Notes: generated from the sequence alone by a model not told the origin. 63,625 nucleotides of DNA, filler included, from Nitrospiraceae bacterium (GCA_037442105.1; 4 parts of 4 records of this genome joined end to end with filler, not necessarily neighbours in it); one strand, 5' to 3'; numbered from the whole stretch's first letter, positions 47,713 to 57,815 are shown. Program-made: numbers and translations.

Positions 47713-49740
47713 ATGGAACGAGACATGAAGCCTTACGTGCTCAAGCGGACAGCGGAGGATGCGGCTCCGCGCGCACTGAGTCTGGACTACGCCAAGGCGC
47801 TGAACCCGCAACAATTTGCCGCGGTGACAGCCGGTGAAGGCCCCGCGCTGGTTATTGCCGGGGCGGGGAGCGGGAAGACGCGCACGCTGGTCTATCGTGT
47901 TGCCTACCTGATTGATGCGGGCATCGATCCTTCCAATATTCTACTGGTGACCTTTACGCGCAAGGCGGCCCAGGAAATGATCGAACGGGCTGGGGCGCTG
48001 ATTGGATCGCGCAGCGAACGAGTGTTCGGCGGTACATTCCATTCCGTGGCCAACGTACTACTCCGTCGCTATGGTCGTTCGATCGGCATTGAGCCGGGGT
48101 TTACGATTCTGGATCGCGGCGACGCGGAGGACTTGATCGCGCTTGTCCGGTCGCAACTGGGGCTGAACGAGAAAGATAAGCGGTTCCCGCGCAAGGGTAC
48201 GATCGCGGAGGTGTTCAGCAAATGCGAGAACACACTGCGGAGTGTGGATGAGATTGTGATCGAGGAGTTCGGTCATTTTGCCGACCATCTGGAGGATCTG
48301 GGGCGATTGCAGCGTGCCTACCAGGCCGCGAAACGACAGCGGCAGCTCCTGGATTACGACGATCTCCTCGTGAAGCTGCGAGAGCTGCTCACGCGGGATG
48401 AGACCGCCCGCCTGTCGATTTCCCGGCTTTACCGATACATTCTCGTGGATGAATATCAGGATACCAACCGACTCCAGGCGGACGTCATTCGGCGGATGGC
48501 GGCGACGCATGACAACGTGATGGTGGTGGGAGACGATTCGCAGTCGATCTATGCGTTCCGCGGGGCGACATTCCGGAACATCATGGAGTTTCCGACGTTG
48601 TTTCCCGGCGCAAAGATTTACAAGTTGGAGGAGAATTACCGAAGCACGCAACCCATCTTGAGCCTCGCCAATGAAATTATCGCGGCTGCGGCAGAGAAGT
48701 ATACCAAGCAGCTCTTTACGAGGAAACTGGACGGGCCGCTGCCAGGCTTGGTTGAGGCGGCAGGGGAGAATGCACAGTCGCGCTTCGTTGCGCAGAAGAT
48801 TCTCGAGCTGCGCGAAGAGGGCGTACCGCTCAGTGAGATGGCGGTCCTGTTCCGGTCCAGCTTTCATGCGTTTGATTTGGAAATCGAGCTCTCACGGCGC
48901 GGGCTGCCGTTCCTTAAACGCGGCGGTGTGAAATTTGTTGAGACGGCCCATGTAAAGGATCTGCTCGCCCATTTGCGTGTCATGGCCAATCCACTGGATG
49001 CCGTCAGTTGGCATCGGGTGCTGATGCTGGTCGAAGGTGTTGGTCCCAAGAAGGCGCAGGACCTGATCGCGGCTCTTGTAAAAGCTGATCATCCCTATGC
49101 GGCGTTGCGCGAAGTGAGCGGCCGATCCGGCAAGGGATTGAAGGACCTGGCGTACACGCTCGAGGGCCTGACGAACGAGCAGAGGCTGCGCCCAGCGGAG
49201 CAGGTAAATCATATTTATGAATATTATCTCCCGATCCTGAAGAACCACTACGACGATTATCCGAAACGCATGAGAGACCTGGAACACCTCTACACGATTG
49301 CCGAAGGGTATCCGGGGCTGGAAGACTTCCTCGCGGATTTGGCGCTGGAACCGCCGGACGGAAGCGTGCTGGATGTCGAAGGACCGGATCGGGATGACGA
49401 ACGGCTTGTTCTCTCGACGATTCATTCCGCCAAAGGACTCGAGTGGCAGTGTGTGTTTGTCATTTGGGTTGTTGACGGGAAGTTTCCATCGGTCTATTCG
49501 TTCATGACCGATGAGGAGTTGGAGGAAGAGCGACGTCTCTTTTACGTGGCCATCACGCGAGCGAAGCGGCACCTCTATCTGACGTATCCGATCAATGTGT
49601 ACGATAAGACCAGCGGCATGTTGCTTTCGAAACCCACGCGATTCCTCGATCGGGTCCCGCCGTCTCTTGTCGAAACGTTTGCATTGGTCGAGGAAGGCAG
49701 ACCCCTCGAATGGGGTGCCGATCCCGATCGGTATGCTTAG
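47713..49740 (+). CDS. UvrD/PcrA-family ATP-dependent DNA helicase
   Basis: AGAGSGKT, DEYQD, GDDSQSIY.FRGA, NYRS, TIHSAKGLEW, YVAITRA. Confidence 0.95.
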   Translation: MERDMKPYVLKRTAEDAAPRALSLDYAKALNPQQFAAVTAGEGPALVIAGAGSGKTRTLVYRVAYLIDAGIDPSNILLVTFTRKAAQEMIERAGALIGSRSERVFGGTFHSVANVLLRRYGRSIGIEPGFTILDRGDAEDLIALVRSQLGLNEKDKRFPRKGTIAEVFSKCENTLRSVDEIVIEEFGHFADHLEDLGRLQRAYQAAKRQRQLLDYDDLLVKLRELLTRDETARLSISRLYRYILVDEYQDTNRLQADVIRRMAATHDNVMVVGDDSQSIYAFRGATFRNIMEFPTLFPGAKIYKLEENYRSTQPILSLANEIIAAAAEKYTKQLFTRKLDGPLPGLVEAAGENAQSRFVAQKILELREEGVPLSEMAVLFRSSFHAFDLEIELSRRGLPFLKRGGVKFVETAHVKDLLAHLRVMANPLDAVSWHRVLMLVEGVGPKKAQDLIAALVKADHPYAALREVSGRSGKGLKDLAYTLEGLTNEQRLRPAEQVNHIYEYYLPILKNHYDDYPKRMRDLEHLYTIAEGYPGLEDFLADLALEPPDGSVLDVEGPDRDDERLVLSTIHSAKGLEWQCVFVIWVVDGKFPSVYSFMTDEELEEERRLFYVAITRAKRHLYLTYPINVYDKTSGMLLSKPTRFLDRVPPSLVETFALVEEGRPLEWGADPDRYA

Positions 49741-49816
49741 GCATGGCGACGCCATTTTCTTGTAGAATGTTATAGCATCCACTCACTTTTCGCCTTCTCT
49801 ACACGCCCATTGCGAC

Positions 49817-50755
49817 ATGAACCGAGCGATTCTGCTCCTGGTCCTGGCCGTTCTCCTGGTCGCTCTGGTGCTCTCCGTGCTCTCCGATAAGGAAACAGTT
49901 GCAGCCCCACTGAGTCCCAACGGCCACGAGGTGGCGACGGTCAGTGACGGTGACCAACAAACCTGGAAGACTCTCATCGATCAAGCTGCTGAGTTAGGGC
50001 TTCCGACGAGGTTTCTCAAGACGATTCCGCCGGAGTTTGTCCGGTTCGAGTTTGAAGATCTCCGTACCTATGCGGCTGAATACCACCCTGGTGAACACCG
50101 CATGGTGCTGAATCGCACGCTTTCTTTTAACGGAGCCGGCGCCACTCTCCAACCACTTAACCGGATGACGCACAAGGAGCTTGCGACCCTGTTTCATGAG
50201 TTCTTTCATGCCTACCTCGACTTCCTCGCATTTGATCCTGCAGCAATAGCCGAACAAACAGAGGGTCGTGCTCTGCTTCAGCTTGCGCGAACTTACCAAC
50301 AATGTCGCTATCAAGATGTACTTATCACGCCGGTTGCACAACGCAGGACGGAGACCGAGCAGCGTTATTTAAGCGAGCAGGAGTCCTGGGAAGTCCTCAA
50401 TGAAACCTGGGCGGTGTTTGTCGGCTGGACGGTCTGGACTCAACTCGAAGTTCAAGGAAAGGGTGGTGTGGGGAAAAAAAGCTCGGACTTCTCGAGAGCG
50501 TGGCTTCAGCGACTGAGACAGTCTGATAAGGGCGCGGATCTCCGTGGGTACTACCAGCCGGAAGATCCAGGCGAGCGAACGGTCGCTCAGAAACGGTTTC
50601 TGGCTCCGCAATATCGCATTTCATCGAAAGAAGTCGGAGCCTTGCTCAGGGATGTTTTGGGATATCCCACCGAGCTGGTCCGCAGATCGGTCGAAGCATT
50701 AGAGCACAATCCCTCGCCAATCAAAGGAGTGAACGGCTGCACTACATCTCCATAA
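49817..50755 (+). CDS. Exported hypothetical protein with HExxH motif
   Basis: N-terminal TM; LFHEFFHAY. Confidence 0.7.
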   Translation: MNRAILLLVLAVLLVALVLSVLSDKETVAAPLSPNGHEVATVSDGDQQTWKTLIDQAAELGLPTRFLKTIPPEFVRFEFEDLRTYAAEYHPGEHRMVLNRTLSFNGAGATLQPLNRMTHKELATLFHEFFHAYLDFLAFDPAAIAEQTEGRALLQLARTYQQCRYQDVLITPVAQRRTETEQRYLSEQESWEVLNETWAVFVGWTVWTQLEVQGKGGVGKKSSDFSRAWLQRLRQSDKGADLRGYYQPEDPGERTVAQKRFLAPQYRISSKEVGALLRDVLGYPTELVRRSVEALEHNPSPIKGVNGCTTSP

Positions 50756-50905
50756 GGCATCAAAAGTCTTATAGTATTTCGGCTTTTGGCGAACTCGATT
50801 TCTCTCTTGTTTCCGCTGTGTGTGAATGTGCGCTGCTTTTTGCTGCTTGAATATAGTACACGGCGTCCCAAAAGTGGGCGCGCAAAGTTTTTTGCAAATT
50901 TGCCC

Positions 50906-50934
50906 TTGACATCGCACTATTTCGCCAATAGAAT
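50906..50934 (+). promoter_or_regulatory. Sigma70 promoter upstream of the tRNA cluster
   Basis: TTGACA-17nt-TAGAAT with AT-rich upstream sequence. Confidence 0.7.
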
Positions 50935-51105
50935 CCGGTGTTTCCTAAACAAGACCGAGTCCATCTCTTCAGCACTCCGACCGTTTCCAATCCTCGGCGG
51001 AAGCTGTGCGCGGGGAGGCTTACTTTCATTCTTGCCTGAGAGTTGTCTCGCTCAAACCTCAGGAATTGACTTGAATTTGGATTTGCTTGAATAGTGAATA
51101 ACTAG

Positions 51106-51190
51106 GGGCAGGTACCCAAGTGGACAAAGGGGGCAGACTGTAAATCTGTTGCCATCGGCTTCCAAGGTTCGAATCCTTGCCTGCCCACCA
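51106..51190 (+). tRNA. tRNA-Tyr(GTA)
   Basis: GGGCAGG/CCTGCCC acceptor stem, CTGTAAA loop, long variable arm, CCA. Confidence 0.95.
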
Positions 51191-51344
51191 ACCCGAGCTT
51201 GCTCGACCGGGAGCCCTTGTGATTGTTCCAGGCGACCGGAGAAACGCCGCTGCTGAGTTTGTATTGGGGTTTGTGTCAATGCTTGTTCGACCCGGAGCGC
51301 GAGTGATTGGCGAGACGGGATAACGCCGACAGTGGTTTCAGGGT

Positions 51345-51419
51345 GCGGGCGTAGCTCAGTGGTAGAGTCCCAGCCTTCCAAGCTGGCTGTCACGGGTTCA
51401 AATCCCGTCGCCCGCTCCA
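51345..51419 (+). tRNA. tRNA-Gly(TCC)
   Basis: GCGGGCG acceptor, CTTCCAA loop, GGTTCAAAT, CCA. Confidence 0.95.
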
Positions 51420-51530
51420 TTTGAAGACGTGAAGCGTCAAATGTCATTCGTGATATGTGAAGAATGAACTAAAGGAAACGGTGTGGTCGAGCGGTTGATG
51501 GTTCACGATTGACGAATGACGAACGGTGAG

Positions 51531-51582
51531 GCCCACGTAGCTCAGTTGGTAGAGCACGTCCTTGGTAAGGACGAGGTCACGC
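51531..51582 (+). tRNA. tRNA-Thr(GGT), 3' truncated
   Basis: GCCCACGTAGCTCAG..GTCC-TTGGTAA-GGAC. Confidence 0.9.
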
Positions 51583-51682
51583 NNNNNNNNNNNNNNNNNN
51601 NNNNNNNNNNNNNNNNNNNNNNNNNNTTAATTAATTAANNNNNNNNNNNNNNNNNNNNNNNNNNNNNNNNNNNNNNNNNNNN
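51583..51682. other. Artificial contig linker
   Basis: N44-TTAATTAATTAA-N44. Confidence 0.97.
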
Positions 51683-51736
51683 AGTCCTAGCTTCCCAAGC
51701 TAGTTGTCGTGGGTTCAAATCCCATCGCCCGCTCCA
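51683..51736 (+). tRNA. tRNA-Gly(CCC), 5' truncated
   Basis: CTAGC-TTCCCAA-GCTAG, GGTTCAAATCC, CCA. Confidence 0.9.
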
Positions 51737-51961
51737 TACCTCAGACGTGAAACGTCAATCGTGAAGCGTAAAACGTTTCTGATTTGAACCCGCGGCTTGG
51801 GAGGTTCCAAAGGGGTAAGACCTCTTCGTAGACCGATGGCGCGACGAATAAGTGGCGCCAAGTGAAGGCCGAGGAGTTTCCCTTGCTCGTCCGGAATAGA
51901 AATAAAAAGCGTAGGGCTGGATGCGAATGGCGAGGTAGGCCTGATGTATGATCAGGAAGGG

Positions 51962-52153
51962 CTAGACTGCTTTGTGTACACGGCCCGAGCGCAGGCATCG
52001 AGTGCACACGCGAATGTGTTTGTGGGTGCCGTCCACCACGGCCCGTATGCGCTGAAGATTGGGATTGAAGACGCGCTTGGTCTTATTGTTCGCGTGACTG
52101 ACGTTGTGGCCCGATCGATGACCTTTTCCGCAGAGATCACATGCAAATGCCAC
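51962..52153 (-). CDS. rpmB: 50S ribosomal protein L28
   Basis: [31 protein letters not shown]. Confidence 0.95.
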   Translation of the reverse strand: MAFACDLCGKGHRSGHNVSHANNKTKRVFNPNLQRIRAVVDGTHKHIRVCTRCLRSGRVHKAV

Positions 52154-52303
52154 GGCACTTCTCCTTCTTCCTTCGACGAGTTACTATCTCCGACTTCTTG
52201 ACCGCATGATGCTACCATACGACGGTTGTTGCTGACAAGCAACAGGACCGGCTTCTGCGGTTATCGCACACGACAATAAGACATCGCCTGCGCCGCTCTT
52301 CTT

Positions 52304-52561
52304 ATGGACTTCGTTACTATCCTCGGGTTAATTGCGGGAACGCTGACCACGATCTCGTTCTGGCCTCAACTCAACAAGACGTGGAAAACCAAATCGGCTG
52401 AAGACCTCTCGCTGGGGATGTTGTTGACGTTCACGACAGGCGTCTTGCTGTGGCTGGTCTATGGGCTCTATCTTCACGCCCTCCCGATCATTCTCACCAA
52501 CCTCGTCACGTTTTTCCTGACGCTTACCATCCTCATTCTCAAGATTCGCTATCGTTCCTAA
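52304..52561 (+). CDS. SemiSWEET/PQ-loop transporter
   Basis: TTISFWPQ..KTWKTKSAEDLS..WLVYG. Confidence 0.9.
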   Translation: MDFVTILGLIAGTLTTISFWPQLNKTWKTKSAEDLSLGMLLTFTTGVLLWLVYGLYLHALPIILTNLVTFFLTLTILILKIRYRS

Positions 52562-52564
52562 AAG

Positions 52565-52720
52565 AAGCGAGGCTGGTGGCGAACAGCGATTGAACAGGAG
52601 CGAATAGCTGATAGCCAAAAGCGAATAGCCTGAAATGATGGAGAGACTAGCCGGTGGTTTGGAGCTACTCGCTGTTGGCTACCAGCTGCTAGCTGATGGA
52701 GCTATTCGCTGAGTTCGCTA
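52565..52720. repeat. Palindromic heptamer repeat (AGCGAAT / GCTATTC family) between convergent genes
   Basis: agcgaatagctgatagcc..agcgaatagc ... agctactcgct..agctattcgct. Confidence 0.7.
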
Positions 52721-52733
52721 CGAACCGTCATGA

Positions 52734-54125
52734 TTAATGTTGGTTAACAGGTTTGGCGAGAAGGACAGGGACGCTGATGTCGAAGCTGGTATCGCCCCCA
52801 TCGTCGAGCCCGTCCTTGCCTACGCTATAGATACGATTCTGTGTCTCGCTCCAGAGCATAGGAAATCCTGTGAAAGGATCGAAGTGCCGCGGACCGGCTT
52901 CTGCGAGCCTGGTCGGGATGCGCTGGTCGCCGCCGGGTTTCCGCAGCAGCACTTGCAGTCCGGCTAACCGCAGTCGGGCATCCGTTTCCATTAACCGGTG
53001 ACTGAAGGCTTCCCAGTCCGGTTCGAACTCCATCGGGTTGGTCATGGCTTCAACGAGGGTTCGGCGCGAGATCTTTGCGATTTCCGACAACTTCGGCAAG
53101 GGACTGTGGATGGTCTCCGAGGCCTTGATGGTTGCGTCGTAGTAGGTGGCATACGTGTTCCACGTATGTTGCGTATGCATCGGGAGCCAGAACAACGCTC
53201 TCGAAACAGGGTGCGCAACTTTTTCGAAGGCATCCGGATGAAGGCCTGCCGTTCTTGCGACCCACTGGCGATGACTATCCGACTCCGCTTTCCCCAGATA
53301 GGTTTCCTTCTCTGCAAGTGCTCGTTCGTCCTTGTTCACGCCGCGGATGAATTCATCCTGGATCGGCCAGCGCAAGGAGTATTCCGATGACGACAGCGGT
53401 TCGATCATTGTTGACGCTGCAGCGAGGATTCCCTTGTCCAGGGATGGTTGACTCAGGAGTTTAGACAAGAACGCGGCATCATCATCAACCATGACCGCGG
53501 CCATGGTCTTGAGCGGGAGTGTGCGGGCCTCGGCGAGAATCCTCCGCCATTTCGCCATGTCCAGAGCGAGACGGTCCATCCCGCCTTTGGAAGTCCGTGC
53601 AAACCCCTGTGCAATATAGAGCCTATGGGCGATGAGCAGTTCTTCAAACCGCGGGCTGGCTGATCGCGAGAATCCCCAGTCTTCAAACGGCATCCGAAGC
53701 CATTGTTCGTATCGCATGACGAGTGTCGTGTATCGGTCGACGGAAGTCCGAAACAGCGCGTCGCGCTGATGAAAGGCTGCGAGCGGCTCGGAGGAATCCC
53801 AAGCGGGCAGCGCGTCCTGCGCCGGGATCGAGACCCGCAGCTCCGATCGACTGGGTTTCTCGTAGTTGAAGTCGCGTTGCTCAAGCCGGGACACGGTCTC
53901 ACGCCAGATGTCATAGCCGGTTTGAATCGGGTCGGCATTGGCGGCAGCAGCGAGGCCGACCAGGAGAAAGTATCCGTTCTTCAAGGGATTCTCGATCGTG
54001 CGGCCAGGCGGTTCAGATAATTTCACATACGTGTCGCTGGGCTTGTCGCCCTTGGCCGACCAAATGAGGCCTGAGATCTCCATGAAGATTGCGAGGACAC
54101 ACAGGCTGATCAGAAAGTTCCGCAT
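52734..54125 (-). CDS. Hypothetical membrane-anchored protein
   Basis: N-terminal TM; C-terminal DPFTG..YSVGKDGLDDGG motif. Confidence 0.75.
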   Translation of the reverse strand: MRNFLISLCVLAIFMEISGLIWSAKGDKPSDTYVKLSEPPGRTIENPLKNGYFLLVGLAAAANADPIQTGYDIWRETVSRLEQRDFNYEKPSRSELRVSIPAQDALPAWDSSEPLAAFHQRDALFRTSVDRYTTLVMRYEQWLRMPFEDWGFSRSASPRFEELLIAHRLYIAQGFARTSKGGMDRLALDMAKWRRILAEARTLPLKTMAAVMVDDDAAFLSKLLSQPSLDKGILAAASTMIEPLSSSEYSLRWPIQDEFIRGVNKDERALAEKETYLGKAESDSHRQWVARTAGLHPDAFEKVAHPVSRALFWLPMHTQHTWNTYATYYDATIKASETIHSPLPKLSEIAKISRRTLVEAMTNPMEFEPDWEAFSHRLMETDARLRLAGLQVLLRKPGGDQRIPTRLAEAGPRHFDPFTGFPMLWSETQNRIYSVGKDGLDDGGDTSFDISVPVLLAKPVNQH

Positions 54126-54339
54126 CGTGCTCCGGACCTTGGTTGTTGTTTGGGTGGTGCTGGTGGCCCGCTATGGCTGGGCCCCAGAACAGATCAGCAT
54201 TCCGTGACGTCCGAATTGAGCAAGGGATGTGCCACCTGTCCATAACCGAAAAGGGGTAGTTTCCGAGCAGTTGCAGGAGAGAGAAAGGTTTGAGGCCAAG
54301 CTGGGAGCCGTCTCCGTCACCATCAGGACAAAATTGAAC

Positions 54340-54369
54340 TTGACAATCCTTGCGCCGGTCTCCTAGAGT
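54340..54369 (+). promoter_or_regulatory. Promoter of the cobalamin operon
   Basis: TTGACA-18nt-TAGAGT just upstream of the riboswitch. Confidence 0.6.
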
Positions 54370-54386
54370 GCCGCCACATTGCAAGT

Positions 54387-54610
54387 GCCTTGGGTCAAGG
54401 GAAGAGGGTGCGAATCCCTCGCGGTCCCGCCGCTGTCAGTGGGGACGAAACTCGCAACGGCCACTGTCTGAGAGAAGCTCTCAGCCGTCAGCGATCAGCA
54501 GTCAGCTCGAATCAGGAAGCTGAAGGCTGAAAGCTGAACGCTGATGGCTTTAGAAGATGGGAAGGTGCGGGGAGTAGGGTGAACCACGAGCCAGAAGACC
54601 TACCCAGGGC
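54387..54610 (+). ncRNA. Cobalamin riboswitch 1
   Basis: AGGGAA..GGTGCGAATCC..CCCGCCGCTGT..GCCACTG..GGGAAGG..GAGCCAGAAGACCT; P1 GCCTTGGGT/ACCCAGGGC. Confidence 0.92.
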
Positions 54611-54665
54611 ATGACCATCGTTCCTTCGTGGGCTGGGGAACGGGTGAGGATGAAGAAGCGGGTGC

Positions 54666-54706
54666 AATCCTCAGGGTCTGTTTCAGGCCTTGGGGATTTT
54701 TATTTT
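54666..54706 (+). terminator. Candidate terminator hairpin after riboswitch 1
   Basis: AATCCTCAGGGTCT-loop-AGGCCTTGGGGATT followed by TTTATTTT. Confidence 0.45.
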
Positions 54707-54709
54707 GGG

Positions 54710-54798
54710 CAATTTAAAATGCAAAATGAAAAATGTAAAAGTATGGGGCGGGATGGTCCTCATAACTTTTTTAATTTTGCATTTTTCATTTTCCATTT
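54710..54798. repeat. AT-rich palindromic heptamer repeat
   Basis: AATTTAA-AATGCAA-AATGAAA-AATGTAA ... TTTAATT-TTGCATT-TTTCATT-TTCCATT. Confidence 0.85.
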
Positions 54799-55709
54799 CA
54801 GGAGCCGATAGCTCCATGAAAAAGCGGCGACAGCAAGGCATCCTCACCGGCATGCCATTCATGGCCAATGTGGCGCCGCGTACGTTCGTCGACGATCTCG
54901 GCCGAAAAGTCTACCTGGCAAAAGCTCCCACGCGAGTTGTCTCCCTTGCCCCGAGCATCACGGAAGTTCTCTTTGCTATTGGACTGAACGAACAGATCGT
55001 CGGAGTGACCGAGTTTTGCGATTATCCCTCCGAGGCGCAGAAGAAGCCCAAGGTCGGCTATAGCCATCCCAATATCGAATCCATTCTCGCATTGCAGCCG
55101 GATCTGGTCTTGGCCCCGCGCGCCTTTCTTCGGGCCGACCTCTTAGCCAAGCTTGAACAGTTGAAAGTGCCCACCTTCGTGGTGGACCCGGAATCCTTCG
55201 AGGAAATTCCCGGACACATCCAGACGCTCGGCCGCATGCTCGATCGATCTGTGGCCGCCGATGCTGTGGCGATGGCGATGCGAGAACGAGTCGCCGGAAT
55301 CAGGAGCAAGATGGAGTCGTTGCCGCGCGTCCGGGTGCTGTATGTGCTCAACAGCCAGCCGCTGATCACGGTAGGACCAGGGAGTTTCATTCATCACGTC
55401 ATCGGCCTGGCCGGCGGCTCCAACATTGCGGCGCAGGCGACCGTGCCCTATCCGCATCTCGACATGGAAGCCGTACTCAAAGAAGATCCTCAGATCATTG
55501 TCTTTCCCATCGGGAAGGCCGAGGGGATTCCGCCCGGCGAGCAACAACTGTGGCAACGATGGACCTCGCTCTCGGCGATCAAGCAGGGGAGGCTGCATCA
55601 GATTCCTGCCGACTTGCTGAACCGTCCTGGGCCGCGGATTGTTGAAGGGTTGGAACGACTGGCCAGGATCATCCACCCTGAAGCGTTCAAGGCGAGCGCG
55701 GAGCGTTGA
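54726..55709 (+). CDS. btuF: Cobalamin ABC transporter substrate-binding protein (start uncertain)
   Basis: RVVSLAPSITE.LFAIG..GVTEFCDYP..RPGPRIVEG. Confidence 0.88.
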   Translation: MKNVKVWGGMVLITFLILHFSFSISGADSSMKKRRQQGILTGMPFMANVAPRTFVDDLGRKVYLAKAPTRVVSLAPSITEVLFAIGLNEQIVGVTEFCDYPSEAQKKPKVGYSHPNIESILALQPDLVLAPRAFLRADLLAKLEQLKVPTFVVDPESFEEIPGHIQTLGRMLDRSVAADAVAMAMRERVAGIRSKMESLPRVRVLYVLNSQPLITVGPGSFIHHVIGLAGGSNIAAQATVPYPHLDMEAVLKEDPQIIVFPIGKAEGIPPGEQQLWQRWTSLSAIKQGRLHQIPADLLNRPGPRIVEGLERLARIIHPEAFKASAER

Positions 55710-56866
55710 CCGGTATGAACGTCACCACCGATCAACCGAGTGCTCCGGTCCCAGCCGAACGGCTCACTGTGGCCACAGTCCCGATGACCGTTACCTCTCG
55801 CAGCGCAGCGAGTGGGAGCGCCGGCTCCGTGCTGACCGCCCGGCGATGGATGGCCGTCATGGCGCCGCTTTCGGCGGCGGTTGCCGTGTTGTTGCTGATC
55901 TGCCTGCAATTCGGCGCGCAATGGATCGGGCTCAGTCAGGCTATGGAACTCCTTGCTCGATCCTTGCGCGAAGGGAGCACCGAGCATGAGACGATCGGCA
56001 CAATCGGTGTGATTCTCGTCCAGGTCAGGCTGCCCCGTCTGTTGTTGGGACTCCTCGTGGGGGCCTGTCTGGCCTCGGTCGGCGTTGTCCTGCAAGCGCT
56101 CTTACGGAATCCATTGGCCGATCCCTATGTGCTCGGGGTGTCGAGCGGAGCGGCGCTCGGTGTCTCGCTTGCCATCCTCTTGGGGATGGGAACGACATTT
56201 CTCGCGCTCTCAGTGTTGCCGCTCTGCGGGTTTGCCGGAGGGTTGCTGTCCCTGGTGGTGGTGTACCGCATGGCGGTCTCATACGGACGGCTGCCGATTC
56301 ACAGTCTCTTGCTGGCAGGAGTCATCCTGAACGCAATCTTTTCCGCCCTCATCATGTTCGTCACCTCCATTATGGAACCAAATCGTTCCGTCGGCACCAT
56401 GACCTGGCTGATGGGGACGTTGACGGCGCCTTCGTATCCGGCGTTGGCCGTCCTGGCGCTGTACCTGATGATTGGCCTCGTCCTGTTGCTCCAGCAGGCG
56501 CGGGTGTTGAACATCATGACCTTGGGAGAAGAATCCGCGCGGTCGCTGGGGATCGAGACGGAGCAGGTCAAGCGCCGGATCTATGTCGTTTCCGCGCTGA
56601 TCACCGGGGCCGTCGTGTCGGTCAGCGGCATGATCGGTTTCGTCGGCATGGTGATTCCTCACGCGGTCCGGCTCGTGCTCGGCGCGGATCACCGCCTGCT
56701 GATGCCGGCGTCGGCGCTCGTCGGGGGCATGTATCTCATGACCGCGGACACCGTTGCGCGAACATTGCTGGCTCCGTCGGAGATTCCGGTCGGGATCGTC
56801 ACCGCCCTGGCCGGTGGTCCCTTCTTTATCTACCTCCTGGTGTGGAGAAAGGATCGGTTCGCGTGA
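55706..56866 (+). CDS. btuC: Cobalamin ABC permease (FecCD/BtuC family)
   Basis: VRLPR, RNPLADPYVLG, GMIGFVG, EIPVG. Confidence 0.9.
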   Translation: MTGMNVTTDQPSAPVPAERLTVATVPMTVTSRSAASGSAGSVLTARRWMAVMAPLSAAVAVLLLICLQFGAQWIGLSQAMELLARSLREGSTEHETIGTIGVILVQVRLPRLLLGLLVGACLASVGVVLQALLRNPLADPYVLGVSSGAALGVSLAILLGMGTTFLALSVLPLCGFAGGLLSLVVVYRMAVSYGRLPIHSLLLAGVILNAIFSALIMFVTSIMEPNRSVGTMTWLMGTLTAPSYPALAVLALYLMIGLVLLLQQARVLNIMTLGEESARSLGIETEQVKRRIYVVSALITGAVVSVSGMIGFVGMVIPHAVRLVLGADHRLLMPASALVGGMYLMTADTVARTLLAPSEIPVGIVTALAGGPFFIYLLVWRKDRFA

Positions 56867-56868
56867 GC

Positions 56869-57726
56869 ATGAGTCCGCCTTCCGTCTACCGCGTTCACTC
56901 CTTGCGGTTTCGCTATCATGCCACGGCTCATGAAGAGACCGTCTGGGTGGTGGACGGACCGACCTTTGATGTGCAAGCCGGAGAGATTCTCGGCATCGTC
57001 GGCCCGAACGGATCGGGGAAGACGTCGCTGTTGAAATTGTTGGGCAAGGTCTTGCGACCGCAAGCTGGTGAGGTGGCCTTGCTTGGGCGCGATCTCCTGA
57101 CAATGCCGCAGCGTGAGATAGCTCGCCTCGTGGCCTTGGTTCCCCAGGAAACCCAGCAGATCTTTCCGTTCACGGTCGTGGAAACGGTGCTGATGGGCCG
57201 GTATCCGCATCACCCGGGCGCGACATGGAGCGCCGGGTTCGATTGGGAGAGTGCCGACGATCTTGCGGTGGCGCAGCAAGCGATGGAAGCCGCGGACGTC
57301 GCCCATCTCGCCGACCGCCTGGTCACGGATCTCTCCGGCGGTGAACGTCAACGATGTATGATCGCCCGCGCGTTGGCGCAGGTGCCTCACGTCCTCTTGC
57401 TGGATGAGCCGACGTCGTTTCTCGACCTCCGGCACCAGATTGAAATTTGCGTGATCATGCGTCGCCTGAGAGACGAGCGAGGGCTGACCGTGGTGCTGGT
57501 CTCGCATGATTTGAACCTTGCCAGCCAGTACTGCGACCGCATTTTGATGCTGAAAGAAGGAAGGCTCTTCCGGCTCGGCACGCCGGACGAAGTGATCAGC
57601 CGGGACCTCATCAGGGCGGTTTATGGGTGCGAGGTGTTGGTCGATCGCCATCCGGAATCGGGAGCGCCACGGGTGACGTTACCGGGGCGGAACGCAGGAA
57701 AGGCTGAGGTTAAGGCTAAGGTTTAG
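56869..57726 (+). CDS. btuD: Cobalamin ABC ATP-binding protein
   Basis: GPNGSGKT, LSGGERQR, LDEPTS.LD, HDLNLA. Confidence 0.88.
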   Translation: MSPPSVYRVHSLRFRYHATAHEETVWVVDGPTFDVQAGEILGIVGPNGSGKTSLLKLLGKVLRPQAGEVALLGRDLLTMPQREIARLVALVPQETQQIFPFTVVETVLMGRYPHHPGATWSAGFDWESADDLAVAQQAMEAADVAHLADRLVTDLSGGERQRCMIARALAQVPHVLLLDEPTSFLDLRHQIEICVIMRRLRDERGLTVVLVSHDLNLASQYCDRILMLKEGRLFRLGTPDEVISRDLIRAVYGCEVLVDRHPESGAPRVTLPGRNAGKAEVKAKV

Positions 57727-57787
57727 GGAAATCCGAATTCGGGTTCCGCAATACCTCAACCTCAACCTTAACCTCAGCCTCAGCCTT
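57700..57787. repeat. Palindromic hexamer repeat (AGGYTR / YARCCT family) overlapping the btuD stop
   Basis: aggctg-aggtta-aggcta-aggttt ... acctca-acctca-acctta-acctca-gcctca-gcctt. Confidence 0.85.
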
Positions 57788-57815
57788 ACAGGAGGAGCAT
57801 GTACCCACTCCTCAC

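Noticed and set aside
52565..52720. Short repeats as a CRISPR array
   Set aside because: Units are 6-7 nt without unique spacers, and no cas genes are present
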